From Raja brachyura (lineage: Eukaryota), in NCBI GenBank assembly GCA_963514005.1, contig OY740807.1:30194001-30258000 (forward strand): a DNA stretch of 64,000 bases. The letters run 5' to 3'. Made by a program: the position numbers and the translations under genes. This document shows positions 25,320-37,290 of this stretch, piece after piece; the first letter of the stretch is position 1, and every line of letters begins with the position of its first letter. The notes beneath the pieces are model-generated. The model worked only from the letters and a program-made list of their open reading frames with translations, did not search any database and was not told where the DNA came from.

Positions 25320-25890
25320 CCACCCCCCCCCCCAGCTCTGGATTAAATCTACCCCCCTCTCACCCCCCTCCTCTCTCCCTCTGCCTCCCACCCTCTGCCC
25401 CCACCTCCCCACTACACTCCTCCAACCCCCTTTAACCTCCTCCAACTTCTTCTCCCCTCCCCTCCACCCCCTCCCTTTCCCCCCTCTCCCACCACTCCCC
25501 CCTCCTCTCTACCCACATCCTCACCCTTCCCTCCCTCCCCCTCCCCAACCCTCTACCCCCCTGCACCCCACCTCTCTCCCCTACCTCTCTCTCCCTCCCC
25601 CTCCCCCTCCCCACTACCATCCTCCCCACCTCCTCTCTCCCCTCTACTCTCTCTCCCCCTCTCTCCCCCTCTCTCCCCCCTCTCTCCCCCTCTCTCCCCT
25701 CTCTCTCCCCCTCCCCCTTTCTCCCCTCTCCTCCCTCTTCCCTCTTCTCTTTCCCCCTTCCCCCCCTCTCTCTTCCCTCCACTCTCTCTCCACCCCCCGG
25801 CTCTCCCCACCTCCCCCTCTCCCCCTCTCCCCCCTCCTCCCCCTCTCCGTCTCCCCTCCCCCTCCTATCTCCCCTCTCCCCTCCCCCACC
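25320..25890. repeat. C/T-rich low-complexity tract
   Basis: Almost pure CCCT/CTCCCC runs; G-rich on the minus strand. Confidence 0.9.
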
Positions 25891-25939
25891 GTCACACCGC
25901 TAGGTAATTAACCCCCTGGGTAGGCGGAATTTACCCCAG

Positions 25940-26255
25940 GTGGGGAACCCTTGGTCTAGAACCAGAGGCCATAAACTCAGAATAAAAGGACATACCTGTA
26001 GGAAGGAGATTAGGAGGGATTTCTTTAGTCAGAGGATGATGAATCTGTGGAATTCAGTGCCAAAGAGGCTGTTAAGAGGCCGTCTATGGATATTTTTAAG
26101 GTGGAAATTGATAGATTCTTGCTTAGTACAGGTGTCAGGTGTTGAGGGGAGAACGCAGGAGAATGGGAGTTAGGAGGGAAAGATAGGTCAACCATGATTG
26201 AATAGCGGAGTAGACTTGATGGGCTGAATGGCCTAATTCTGTTCCTATCACTTCC
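25940..26255 (+). mobile_element. CR1 LINE 3' fragment
   Basis: SRTRGHKLRIKG...RRDFFSQRMMNLWNS, ending in GATGGGCTGAATGGCCTAATTCTG tail. Confidence 0.8.
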
Positions 26256-28667
26256 TAATTTATGAAGTTCTACTTCAGCTCGTTACTGAAGAGAATAATT
26301 TATGACAATTTGACGTACAGCAAGCGATCCCCCGAACGACAGCAAAAGGGGCAACACAAGAAAGGCGAGGAAAATGAGGGTTGGAACAACTCTGTGCTGG
26401 AAGAGTCAGGATGTTGAGAAACCTTGTGTAAAGGCCCCTCCTGTCACGAGGTTTGCTGCATTGCTGATGATGAATGTGAGCATCAGCTGAGGGAGTCTTG
26501 CCTGAATAATGAGGAAGACCTTGCCTGAGTGACCGCGATCCATCATTTGCAGCAGATACATGGACACAAAAACAAATGATTAAAAAAAACCGTGACTGCA
26601 GGAGATGAGATGATCTTGTGGGTTTTCGCAAAACCTGTTTGTCCATCAACAGGTCTGGCACTGTTGAGCCTGACCAAGGCATCTGACACCACAGATTTTT
26701 TTGGAAAGCTATTGATTTTCTTGCTACAATGTGTAAGGTTCCAGGTTTGCCACTGAGCTTATTTACACTGCCGAGTTTGATGCTGGAAGCACTCTGGCAA
26801 CTTCAATAACTTTCCAGTACAGTTATCCTTCAATAACTCATTAATTTGCCCATGGATTCGTGCTGCATTGTAGGCAGCTCCGCAAGATACAAATTGAAAG
26901 TAAACTTCTCTTTTCATCTTAAAGCTGTTCCTAACATGACGATGACTAGACTAAATGATCACGCTTGACTTTGAGATCTGTTAGGTGCCGAGACACAGAA
27001 ATATGTTTTGCAGCAGGAATAAGGACAGGGTTTGATGGTCCAGTAATTGATTTTTTATGCCCATGTTCCCTCACTGGCATTTATTCAGCAATAAAAGGAA
27101 ACAGCAGACAGTAAAATTTACAACTGTGATCTCCCTCCTGATTCAGGGAAGAACAAGTAGGGACGTTCTCCATCAACGGTAGACTTGAAAACATTTTAAT
27201 GCCACGCCAAGTGCCAATCGTAAAATAAAATAAAATGGTCAGCGGCTAGTTGGAGAATGAAATGTTAGTTTATAAATTTGACAGGCTGACTTTTGGAATC
27301 TATGAAGAGTTCTGAGATGAATACCAAAATATTCTCCATTAGTTTTGCATTTCTTTTTCCGTTTGATGACTTGGGGCTTAAAGGTTCCAAATACTGCCTG
27401 ACAGTGACGAGGCTCCAGCAGACCATTTTGGAAAGCTCCTCAGAATACCAAGCAGATGTAGAATCATGGACAGCACACCCATGATAGTTTTGGTGACCTG
27501 GGCCTTGGTTTCAAGTGTCAGCTTTTCAAAATATATACTGAATTATTGAAGTCGCCAGCCCTCTGGAATTTGTCATTCTCACTGGCTACATTCTGTGCAT
27601 TAGGATCCAGCGAGCACCCAGCAAGGTTTAAATGAGCGGTTGTCTTGATTGAAGAAGGGTTGCGACCCGTCCTCTTTCTCGGGAGATGCTGCCTGACCTG
27701 CTAAGTTACTCCAGCACTCGGTGCTTGTCTTATTTGTCCTTCATTTTGTTTTTGGGCTGCAAGGGATCGTTGAAAGAGTGGTTGATTGAACCAGGTGGAT
27801 TTTCAGAGGTCTCCGTTTGTACATGAATTATGAACATTTTTACTTGTTGATTTACACTTGCAGGCCTGTACATGTAAGTTGTTGACTATGTGAGACATTT
27901 CACAGAAGCTAAATGGGATCTAAATCATCAATGTTGGCATCCCTGTACTCATTCTGGACTTGTGGGTGTGCAGTGCAGTAGATTTACACCTGGTCTTAAC
28001 CCTTATCACATGTAAATAACGAGCTTCATGCTGAGATGGGGAAATCTTATGAAAAATTAACTTCAGATTATATCACATGCTGTATAGGAGTGATCAAATC
28101 TTCAGAGACATGCTCTGAAGAAACTGTTTCATAGTTTCTCCCATATCTGCTGCTTCTGATTCTGAGGTTACTGCGGCCATGTTGTCAATTGAAAAACAAA
28201 TTGAGGGTTAAATAGGACATGATGCCTTTAGACGCTAAAAGCATTCTGAGATCAAAAATGGTGCTTGTTCCGTTGGTCAACCATGTTCAACAGTTCACAA
28301 GGTCTTGGAGCAGAATTGGGCCATTTGCCCCCATCAAGTCTACTCTGCCACTCCATCATGGCTCACACATCTTTCCCTCTCAACACCATTCTCCTGCCTT
28401 CTCCCATACCCCTGACACCTGTCTTGTGAGCTGCACCGGTTGCCATATTGTTGAGGCTGTCAGGACACAGGCACTAAAGGTTTGGTGCTAGTTTGTAGAA
28501 TGGACATTTCCTACCATGACATTCATCACTCTGCGATTCATGTCAACCCCCCATCCATGTCTCTTCACCACACATTGGACTTGCCATTTCAGCTGGGCTC
28601 CAATCAGTTTGATCTTCATTCTTCCCAGTACTGATGGGGTTATTGGACCAAGTTCAGTTCTCATTAG

Positions 28668-28955
28668 GGACGGCACAATAGCACAGCAGTAGAGTAGCTG
28701 CCTTACAGTGCCAGAGACCCAGGTTCGATTCTGACTTTGTGTGCTCTCTGTACGGAGTTTGTACGTACTTCCTTTGACTGTGTGGGTTTTCTCTGATTCC
28801 CTCCCACACTCCAAAGATGTACAGGTTCGTACGTTGATTGGCTTTGGTAAAACTGGTAAGTTGTCCCTAGTGTGTAGCATACTGCTAGTGTATGGAGGGT
28901 GATTGCTGGTCAGCATGGACTCGGTGGGCTGAAGGGCCTGTTTCCTATGTTTCTA
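28668..28955 (+). mobile_element. HE1-like V-SINE
   Basis: GGCACAATAGCACAGCAGTAGAG...GGTTCGATTC head, V-core, and tail GGTGGGCTGAAGGGCCTGTTTCC. Confidence 0.8.
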
Positions 28956-29169
28956 AGGTCTACATTAAGGACCAGGTTCAAGTTTGATGAAATTTTTCAT
29001 GTTTGAGTTCAAAGGATTGAAAGTTGGACCCAACTTCCCTTTTTTGTTTATCCGAGGTTGACAAGAATAAAATGTGGATATGGGACTGAGTTCTTATCTC
29101 AGTTCTTACCTCAGACAATCTTTTGCAAACAGTAGTGGGTAGCAGAAGGAGCACCCATTTCCACAATAA

Positions 29170-29437
29170 AGCCCCTGTCCCACGCTGCGAGTTCACCCAA
29201 GAGCTCTCCCAAGTTAATAAATAAATCAAACTTGTGATAAGTACGCAGAATGTACGTAGTGGGTGCGTCGGAGCTCGTGGATGTCTCGTAGTGGCTCATA
29301 ATGCTAACGGTAGGTACTCGGGAAACGTGGAAACTCGTGAAGTTTTTTCAACAGTGTGAGAGTTTTCCAAGAGTAAAAAAATACTCGTGACGACTTTCCT
29401 TTTTTTTTTACTTGGGAGAGCTCGTGGAACAGGGGCT
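29170..29437. mobile_element. PIF/Harbinger-type MITE
   Basis: TIR AGCCCCTGTCCCAC / GTGGAACAGGGGCT. TAA on both sides (29167-29169, 29438-29440). Confidence 0.75.
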
Positions 29438-30261
29438 TAAGCATAATAATGTGGTGTGAGACCAGCAGGCCGAGATGCCTTCACTTTCACCTGCTGTTAG
29501 CAAAACCATCGATGTCTGGAAAAGATCACGAGATTAAAAGATTTAGGTAGTTATTGAAGAATTATTTCTGGAATCCAGAATAAGAGTTTTGGAGATGAGT
29601 GGGGATTAAAAAAACCGAGTTGAACCTGTAGTACTGTATAGCACATTTCAAGTTACTGACTGATATTACTTTAGATCTAGAAAATAGTTATAGAATTGTT
29701 CAATTTAGAAACACCCTCTTTGGCCCATCACATCTATGGCAACCACCGTGCGAGCTAAACTAATCCTGTTTGACTCCACATCCCACTATGCCTTTCTCAT
29801 TCAATTACCTGTCGAGATGTCTCTTAAATATTGCTTCTGTTCTTGCTTCCACCACCTCCTTTGGCAGCTCAATCCAGATACCAACTACACTTTATGTGGA
29901 GAAAACAAACTCCTTAGAGACTCCTCCCTCTCACCGTAAACAAATGCCCTCTAGTTTTTGCATACTCCTACCATGGGAAACCAGACTCTGGCAATGTAGA
30001 AACAATCTGAAGAGGGGTCCTGACCTGAAATGTTGCCTATCCATGTTCTCCTGTGATGTTGCCTGACCTGCAGATTTATTCCAGCACTGTGTCTTCCACT
30101 GGCAATGTACCATATCTATACCTCACATAATTTTACATTTCTTTATCATGTCACCTTTCTGACTCCTTTACTCCAGCAAAAACAGGTTTGGCCTATCCAA
30201 TCATTCATTGTAACTCAATGCCTCCAATCCAAGCAACATCCTTGTAATCTTATCTGCATTC

Positions 30262-31085
30262 GGGCGGGGACGCTGTCGAGTATGGCTGCCCAGCCTGCAG
30301 CTGTCCGTCCTTTCACCCTTTTTAAAATTTTTAGTATGTCAAAAAGATTCATTTTGGAGGTCTAATCTTTTTTATGTGGGGGGTGGGCGGGGAGGAAGGG
30401 GGAAACTGTTTTTCTCAGTCCTACCTGGTCGGAGATGCGTCTTTTCTCTGAGCCGCATCTTCGCCCCTACTTCACGGCCTACCAACAGGACTGGAGCAGC
30501 GTTTCCTGCCGGGACCGGCCAGAACTTCAGCTTCAGCGGCAGTGGCAGCGCAGCGCTGAAGCAACATCGCGGAGCGGGGGATGCCATACCCGGGTTGCCG
30601 TGTGGTAAGCTCCGGAGTGCAGAGACTGCAGACTGGAACATCGCGGAGTTGTGGGGTCTGCGGAGCGTCCAGCTGCGGCGGCGCTGACTTTTAAAAACCG
30701 CGGAGCCTGGGATCTCTCGCCGAGATCGCCAGTGTCGGAGCTCCGACCAGCGCGGCTGTGGACTTCGGGAGCTGCGGTCCCCGGGGAGGAAGCGGCCGTT
30801 CCAAGCCGCTGATGAGTGTTCTTCCGACGCCGGAGCTCCGTCTTAGGGCGAGAGGGCCTGTAATAGTGCCAAGGCCTCAAATAGGCCCCGACCACGGGGT
30901 GAACATAGAGGGAGAGGACTAACTTTGCTGCCTTCCCTCACAGTGGGAACCATTGTGAGGGGATGTTTTATGTTTTAAGTTTTATTTTTCATTGATGTTT
31001 TATTTTTCATTGATGTGCTGCAAAGGCAACTCAAATTTCACTGCACCATGTGGTGTATGTGACAATAAATGTTCTTTGTCCTTTG
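30262..31085 (+). mobile_element. GC-rich non-autonomous retroelement (SINE-like) nested in a CR1 fragment
   Basis: CpG-rich body ending in a LINE-like tail ATTTCACTGCACC...GTGACAATAAA plus short repeats. It appears to interrupt a minus-strand CR1 remnant (about 29700-30258), with TGCAT on both sides. Confidence 0.55.
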
Positions 31086-32279
31086 CATCGTCCCCAGATT
31101 AATCTATTGACTCTGTGACTCTATAAACAAGGGTTAAAGGGACTAACTTAGATGGGCATCTTGATCAACATGGATAAGTTTGGCCAAAGGACGTTTGCAT
31201 GCTGTAGGACTCTCTGACTCTCTAAGTACTGGCTTGTAATTCATCCCTGTCCAGTAGCATTAAATATTTAACTCCGCTCCCAAAAGTCATCCCATCGAAG
31301 TCAAAAGAATGTATTTCAAGGTCAAGTACGACAGCCGAATCCCTGCTGCAACACAACCGAGCTGCCATGAATTTCTAGGCTAGATCTTTGCTCAAGGGAC
31401 AGGAAAAATCTGGAGCTGTCACCCTTCAAGTGTCCCACCTCTCCACTTTGAGCAAATAAAACAAAACTTGGAATGAGGTTACTGAACATTTCAGAATCGA
31501 TGCGTTAAAAGATTTTTGTTAGGCCTGGTGTAATGTCGTGGTAATATGTAATAATTTGCCGTTCATAGCTCAGTGCTGGTGCATGCTTTGCGATGTATCA
31601 ATAAATGCCAAATAAAATGTAGCTGGATGAACAATGACGAGCAAGAAAACAGCATTCCAGTGGATATTGAACGGGATTGCAAACAATTCTTCCACATTGC
31701 AGTGCCGTTTTTCTCAAAGCAGCATTGAAATCCCGTAAAGATGCAAGCTGGATTGAACACAAAAAAAGTTGAAACATTTAATTTTATTTCCCAAAAGTAT
31801 CCACGAGAGAAACTATCAGTGACATGTCACGCATCGTAGGATGATCTGCAATTAACTTGCTGTTGCTGCATGGATGTCTTTAGACAGTGCTCAAGATTCA
31901 GAATCAATAAATCTTCAGGGGACAGGCAGTCAAAGGTGCTCTTACGAGGCAAAGGGAGAAGATCTGTGAGGTTCTGTCAATATATCATGAGGGAGTCAGT
32001 GGAGCTGATAATGAGGTCCTGGTGCAGTGGTGCTTAGACTGCTGATCATTCAACGCTGTGATCGCTCTGTCCAAATTGAAAGTTTTTTTGGGTGCTTCCA
32101 ACAAATGAATTAATTCTGAAGCATCGCACTGCATTCCATGCTGCCTTTCCTCTTGTTTGCCTTCCTTTGCTCCCCTATTCTGTAACTGCTGAAACTGAGC
32201 TCTTTATTTTTTGATGAGTCTAAAATTCCCTCTGAAGAGGAGATTTTGAGGGTTTGTGTTATGGTATGGTTGCTGAAGT

Positions 32280-33340
32280 TATATAGTCATAGAGCGATAC
32301 ATTGGGAAAGCGGGCTCTTCAGCCCAACTTGCCCACACCCAGCTACACTAGTCCCACCTGCCTGCGCTTGGTCCATATCCCCCCAAACCTGTCCTATCCA
32401 TGTACCTGTCCAAATGTTTCTTAAATGTTGGGATAGTCCCAGCTTCAACTACCTCCTCTGGCAGCTCGTTCTATGCACCCACCCCCCTTTGTGTGAAAAT
32501 GTTACCCCTCGGATTCCTATTAAATCTTTTCCCCTTCACCTTGAACCTATGTCCCCTGGACCTCGATTCCCCCACTCTGGGCACGAGATTCTGTGCATCT
32601 ACCCGATTTTATACACAATTGTATATTGAATCTATTGTTAAGGCCCAGGTTTTTTTTTTCATTTTTTTTGATCACTTGATTGATTTTGCTAAAAGCCTGA
32701 TCTCGATGACTCTAACTGCTTAGCAGGGTCACCATTACTGACTGGATATGGTCTGGTGGGTTACCTCAGAAGGTCTAAGGCCACTCTTGGTACTGGATAC
32801 CTGAAATGTTCTGCATCCAACCTCCCCGCACCAATACCAGATAGAGCCCGAGGTTCTTCATTATTAGCCTCATAATAATACCTCATGACTGATAAACTCA
32901 ACCAATTCATATGAAATTAAAAAAATAACATTTTCTGTGAATGTTCATGTGTTTTTTGTATATAATATCATTCACAGCAGTGGCTTTGACATATATAGAA
33001 TCATAGAGGCAAACAGTAGTGAAAAAGGCCCTTCGGCCCAACTTGCCCACACCGACCAACATGTCCCATCTACACTAGTCCCACCTGCTGCCGTTTGGCC
33101 CATATCCCTCTAAACCTGTCCTATCCATGTACCTGTCTAATTGTTTCTTATACATTACGATAGTCCAGGCCTCAACTACCTCCTCCGGCAGTTTGTTCCA
33201 TACACCCATCACCCTTTGTGTGAAAAGGGTCAGATTCCTATTAAATCGTTTCCCTTTCACCATAAACCATAAACCTACGCCCTCCGCTTCTCAATTCCCC
33301 TACTCTGGGCAAGAGACTCTGTGCGTCGACCCGATCCATT
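32280..33340 (-). mobile_element. Two CR1 3'-end fragments (about 32280-32610 and 32995-33340)
   Basis: FTQRVMGVWNKLPEEVVEA...LDRYMDRTGLEGYGPN in ORF 33075-33263. Both are near copies of the 7015-7400 tail. Confidence 0.8.
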
Positions 33341-34004
33341 CCGAATTGCTTCAGTCCCTGGAGATTCCCAGGCATCCTAGTGTGTAACCATGGTTGGCCA
33401 TTGTGAGGAGACTGAAGATGACTGTGCAAGCAGTACTTACCATGTCACTAAGTGGAAAGCACTTGCTTTTCTTTTCTCACATCGATCCAGGAAATCTATC
33501 TCTACTTTAAGGTTGCAAAGAGGTCACAAAATGATGGACAAATCCAATTGGGTTATGACAACAAATTGAAGGCTGCGCTGGAAGTTGTGTTTTTCTCTGC
33601 GCGGCTGAGAATTGAAAATGTAACAAACTAAGAATTGAATTATTGCTGTCTGTGTGTGTGTGAGGGGGTCTGGTTTTGGGGGGGGGGGGGTGGGTTGGGG
33701 GTTTGTGGGAAAGAAATGACAGATGGCTTAAGGATGTAATTTTCACCTTAGGAAAGTAATTATAGAGATAGAACGAAAATGTCCACCATTCTTTTTTAGT
33801 AATTCTTGATAGGAAAGGCTGCATAGATCACAACAGCAGGAGATAATGCAGCTTGTGGTTTAGGTGTAGGAAACGGGTCACACGGTCTGCTGAACTTGTA
33901 ATAGCTTTTTTGAAATTCTGCAACAATCCAGTAAGCTTATAAGGTAGTTACACACAGTGACCACTGATACCTTGAATAGCCCCGGCAAAAGCCATGGAAG
34001 GGAT

Positions 34005-34480
34005 ATCAAATCCAGTGCTTGTGATGTGACCTCCTCTACATCGGCGAGCTGAAGCGTATCATAGGCGCCCATTTTGTAGAGCACATGTCCTCTGTCCGCA
34101 ACGGGCCCCTTGAGATTGTGGTTTGGGCCCCATTTTAATTCCCCTTCACATGTCCGCACCCGGTTGCCTGTCCTGGGCCTTCTCATTCCCACGGTGAGGC
34201 CAAACACAGACTGGAGGAGAAACGCCACGTATTCCACAAAACACAAAGTGCTGCAGCAACGCAGTGGGTTGGGCAATATCTATGGAGGCAAGGGTCCAGA
34301 CCCAAAATGGTGCCTGTCCATTTCCTCTGCAGATGCTGCCTGACCCGCTGAGTTTCTCCAGCATTTAGTTTTTTGCTCAAGATTCCAAAATCTGTAGTTC
34401 CTTGTGTCTACACCTCATATTCTGCTGGGGTAGCACACTACTCACAGACATGAACATTGAATTTTCCAGTTTCAGGTAAC
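34005..34480 (+). pseudogene. Penelope-like element GIY-YIG endonuclease C-terminal remnant
   Basis: Frameshifted translation LLYIGELKRIIGAHFVEHMSSVR / HFNSPSH..LPVLGLL / EAKHRLEE / HLIFCWGS...MNIEFSSFR*. Interrupted by a pLTR palindrome (about 34232-34410) and followed by a polypyrimidine 3' region. Confidence 0.75.
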
Positions 34481-34799
34481 CAATATTCTCCCTCCCCTTC
34501 CCATTCTCCCTCCCCTTCCCCCTCCACCCTCCCCTTCACCTTGTACCTCTCCCCTTTCCCTTTTCCCCTTCCCCTTGCCTCTCCCCTTTCCCTTTCCCCT
34601 CCTCCCTCTCTCTTTCCCTTCCCCCCTTTCCCGTCCCCCTCCCTCTTCCCACGTTCTCTTCCCACTGCTCCCAGTCCACACTTTATTTCAGCTTTCCTAA
34701 CCCTGGCCCCCTCCCCCGCTTGGCTCCATCTGCCCATCATTCCCCTCCTTGCCCAGTTCCATTGACCTCTCCCTCACTCGCACTTCGATATATTGATCA

Positions 34800-35077
34800 C
34801 AGGGCTGGATCAACCATTAAGCAAAATAAGGACGTGCTTAGGGCATCAAGGGAAGGGGGCACCACAGAAATAGTAAATGGTTTACGGCAAATATAAATAA
34901 AGTGGAAGTATACAAAAATTAACATTATTTTCCATCTTACTGTTAGTTTTGTTTCATTTTGAAAAATAAAAATGTATTTTATGGTTTATTATTGTTTATA
35001 TTTTGAATTACATATACATGGGGGCACCAAAATCTTTTTAAATGCTTAGGGCCTCTATGGGCCTTAATCCGGCTCTG
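34800..35077. mobile_element. hAT-type MITE
   Basis: Imperfect TIR CAGGGCTGGAT / ATCCGGCTCTG. 8-bp TSD ATTGATCA (34792-34799) / ATTGACCA (35078-35085). Confidence 0.7.
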
Positions 35078-36014
35078 ATTGACCATCTTCCCTCTTCCCA
35101 CCCGGGCCGCAACCCTTAGCTGCTTGCTAGGTGAGAACGGGAACCTGGTGCAACTTGGATAGGGGAGGGATGGAGAGAGAGGGTTGAAGTTAGAGAAATC
35201 AATATTCCAGTTCACAACGCTGGAAAAGCAGACTCGTCCTTTTCGCCTCCATGGATGCTGCTTGACCTTCTCCTGAGTTCTTCCAGCGCTTTGTGTGTGT
35301 TTTTTTTGCTCCACTTGTCGCCCGGTGTCCGCCAAAAATATCCCTTCCCGAAACACCGGTCAGTGGCAATGCAACAATCAATCTGTGCGTTGGATTATTC
35401 CCTGGTGACGGAAGATTTGAAGGCGCTGCTTTCAGTCCTGGACATTCCCAGGCAATACACAGCTTACAGCAGCAATCACTCGATAGGAAATGCAATTGCA
35501 AACGGGCTGAGTTTTCTCATCCACGGTCCTGAGATTAATTGTAGCGTTTTCACAGGGATCACAAGAGGAGAAATTGATGCTGGGGTCCGGTGCTCCTGCC
35601 TCTGTTTTACATCAATTGCCTGCATTTGTCACTTGGTTTAATAGATGGAGATGAAAATAAGGCGATGTATTATTTTTCAGTTTTTTTTTGTCAGAACTGA
35701 CATCAATTTTGTTTAATAAAGTCATAAATTATTTTAATGGGGGTCTCATAGGAGAATATAGTGTGTGTGCGGTAATGAAGTCGTAAAGCCGTCCTATGAG
35801 AGCCTGTTTATGATTCTGCTGTTGAAAAGTGCACTTAAGAAACTTTCTCCATTCTGTTGGTTCAGCAGTGGTGAAGAGAGCAAGGGATTGTCTCAGCAGT
35901 TGTGTGCAATCAGCAGGTACGGCTGTCACTGCCATTGCCAGTATTTATTGTCTTTCCCACTTTGAGCTAAAGAGGCATTTAAGCGTCTGGGGTAGTATCC
36001 AGGTTAAACTTAGC

Positions 36015-36395
36015 AAGATAGACACAAAATGCTGGAGTAACTCAGTGGGACAGGCAGCATCTTTGGAGAGAGGGAATGTGTGATGCTTCCGGCCGAGACC
36101 CTTCTTCAGACTTAGTCAGGGGAAAGGGAAACGGAAGATATAGACAGTGATGCAAAGAGATATAGAACAAATGAATGAAAGATTTGCGAAAAAGTGACGA
36201 TAATAAGGGAAACAGACCATTGTTAGCTGGAGAAACTTAGTGGGTGAGGCAGCATCTATGGAGCGAAGGAAATGGGTAATGTTTAAGGGCTGAAACCCTT
36301 AGCTGTTTGCTAGGTGAGAATGGGAACCTGGTACAACTTGGATAGTGGAGGGATGGAGAGAGAGGGTTGAAGTTAGAGAAATCAATATTCATACC
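36015..36395 (-). mobile_element. Penelope-like 3' end (ORF end, 3'UTR, pLTR)
   Basis: Minus strand of 36368-36394 reads MNIDFSNF (PLE ORF end), then 3'UTR and pLTR with a degenerate hammerhead core at about 36083-36109. A related copy is at 36755-37050 (core 36813-36840). Confidence 0.65.
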
Positions 36396-37146
36396 AAAGA
36401 TACTAGAGCGGATTCATACGACTGGATTAGCAACCTTAGCCAGGGTGGCTAATTTTCTGCTTAAAGACTCCACTGAACCATGTGGGTTTTACAGCAACCC
36501 AGTAGTCCCGCAATAACTAACTGGCTTCTTCAATTCCATTGTTTAACTCCCCAGTTGCATTGTAGGATTTAAACTCAGGTTTCTGGATCAGTGGTCTAGC
36601 ATTTTACCTGCCAGTGCAGTAACTTATTCACTATACCACACCCTGCCAAGTCAATGCTTGGTCCATGAGCTCACTGTGGTTGTGAGACTTCTTGTAAGTT
36701 CTCATTCTTTCCATATTGCATTCACTGCACTTCAATAGCACCCAACGAGATGGCGCAAAATGCTGGAGTAACTCAGTGGGACAGGAAACATCTCTGGAGA
36801 GAAGGAATGGGTGACGTTTCGGGTCGAGATCCTTCTTCAGACTGAAAGTCAGGGGAGAGGGAGACTAGCGATATGCAAGGGTATGGTGTGAAAATGACAG
36901 ATCAAAGCCGACGAATCTCAAAGAAATGTAAAATGGTTCATCGTTAGCTAAAGGGAAGGTGTCATTCAAGGCATACGATCAGTAAAATGTATCCGAAGGA
37001 CAGTGAAACTAGTCGGGGAACGAGGGTTGGGGAGGGATAGAGGGATTTGGTGCATCCTGGTTTTACTAAGGACATTGCATATATGTAGGTTTGTCCTTGA
37101 TTTATAAGGTTGTAATTGTAATTTTTGTTTGCATATATTTCTACAG

Positions 37147-37290
37147 AAATAAGAGAAGCCTTTCGAGTATTGGATCGTGATGGGAATGGGTTCATTTCAA
37201 AGCAAGAGTTGGGCATGGCCATGAGATCCCTGGGCTACATGCCCAGTGAGGTGGAACTTGCAATCATCATGCAGAGGTTGGATATGGACG
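37147..37290 (+). CDS. CALN1: Calneuron-1 second coding exon (EF-hand 1 and start of EF-hand 2)
   Basis: 144-bp exon (E)IREAFRVLDRDGNGFISKQELGMAMRSLGYMPSEVELAIIMQRLDMD(G). Acceptor TTTCTACAG, donor G|GTAAGA. Phase matches the exon ending at 4215 (G+AA=Glu). Residues RVL, GMAM, PSE and AIIM are CALN1-like rather than CABP7-like. Confidence 0.96.

Noticed and set aside
25432-25895. Gly/Glu/Arg-rich ORFs (also 34438-34765)
   Set aside because: Translations of low-complexity purine/pyrimidine tracts.
28668-28740. tRNA genes at SINE heads
   Set aside because: A/B-box-like segments run straight into the V-SINE core and LINE tail, so they are SINEs rather than tRNAs.
37147-37290. Calmodulin or CABP7 exon
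   Set aside because: Diagnostic residues and the matching upstream exon (LLYKG...SEQLANIS.EELD) fit CALN1.
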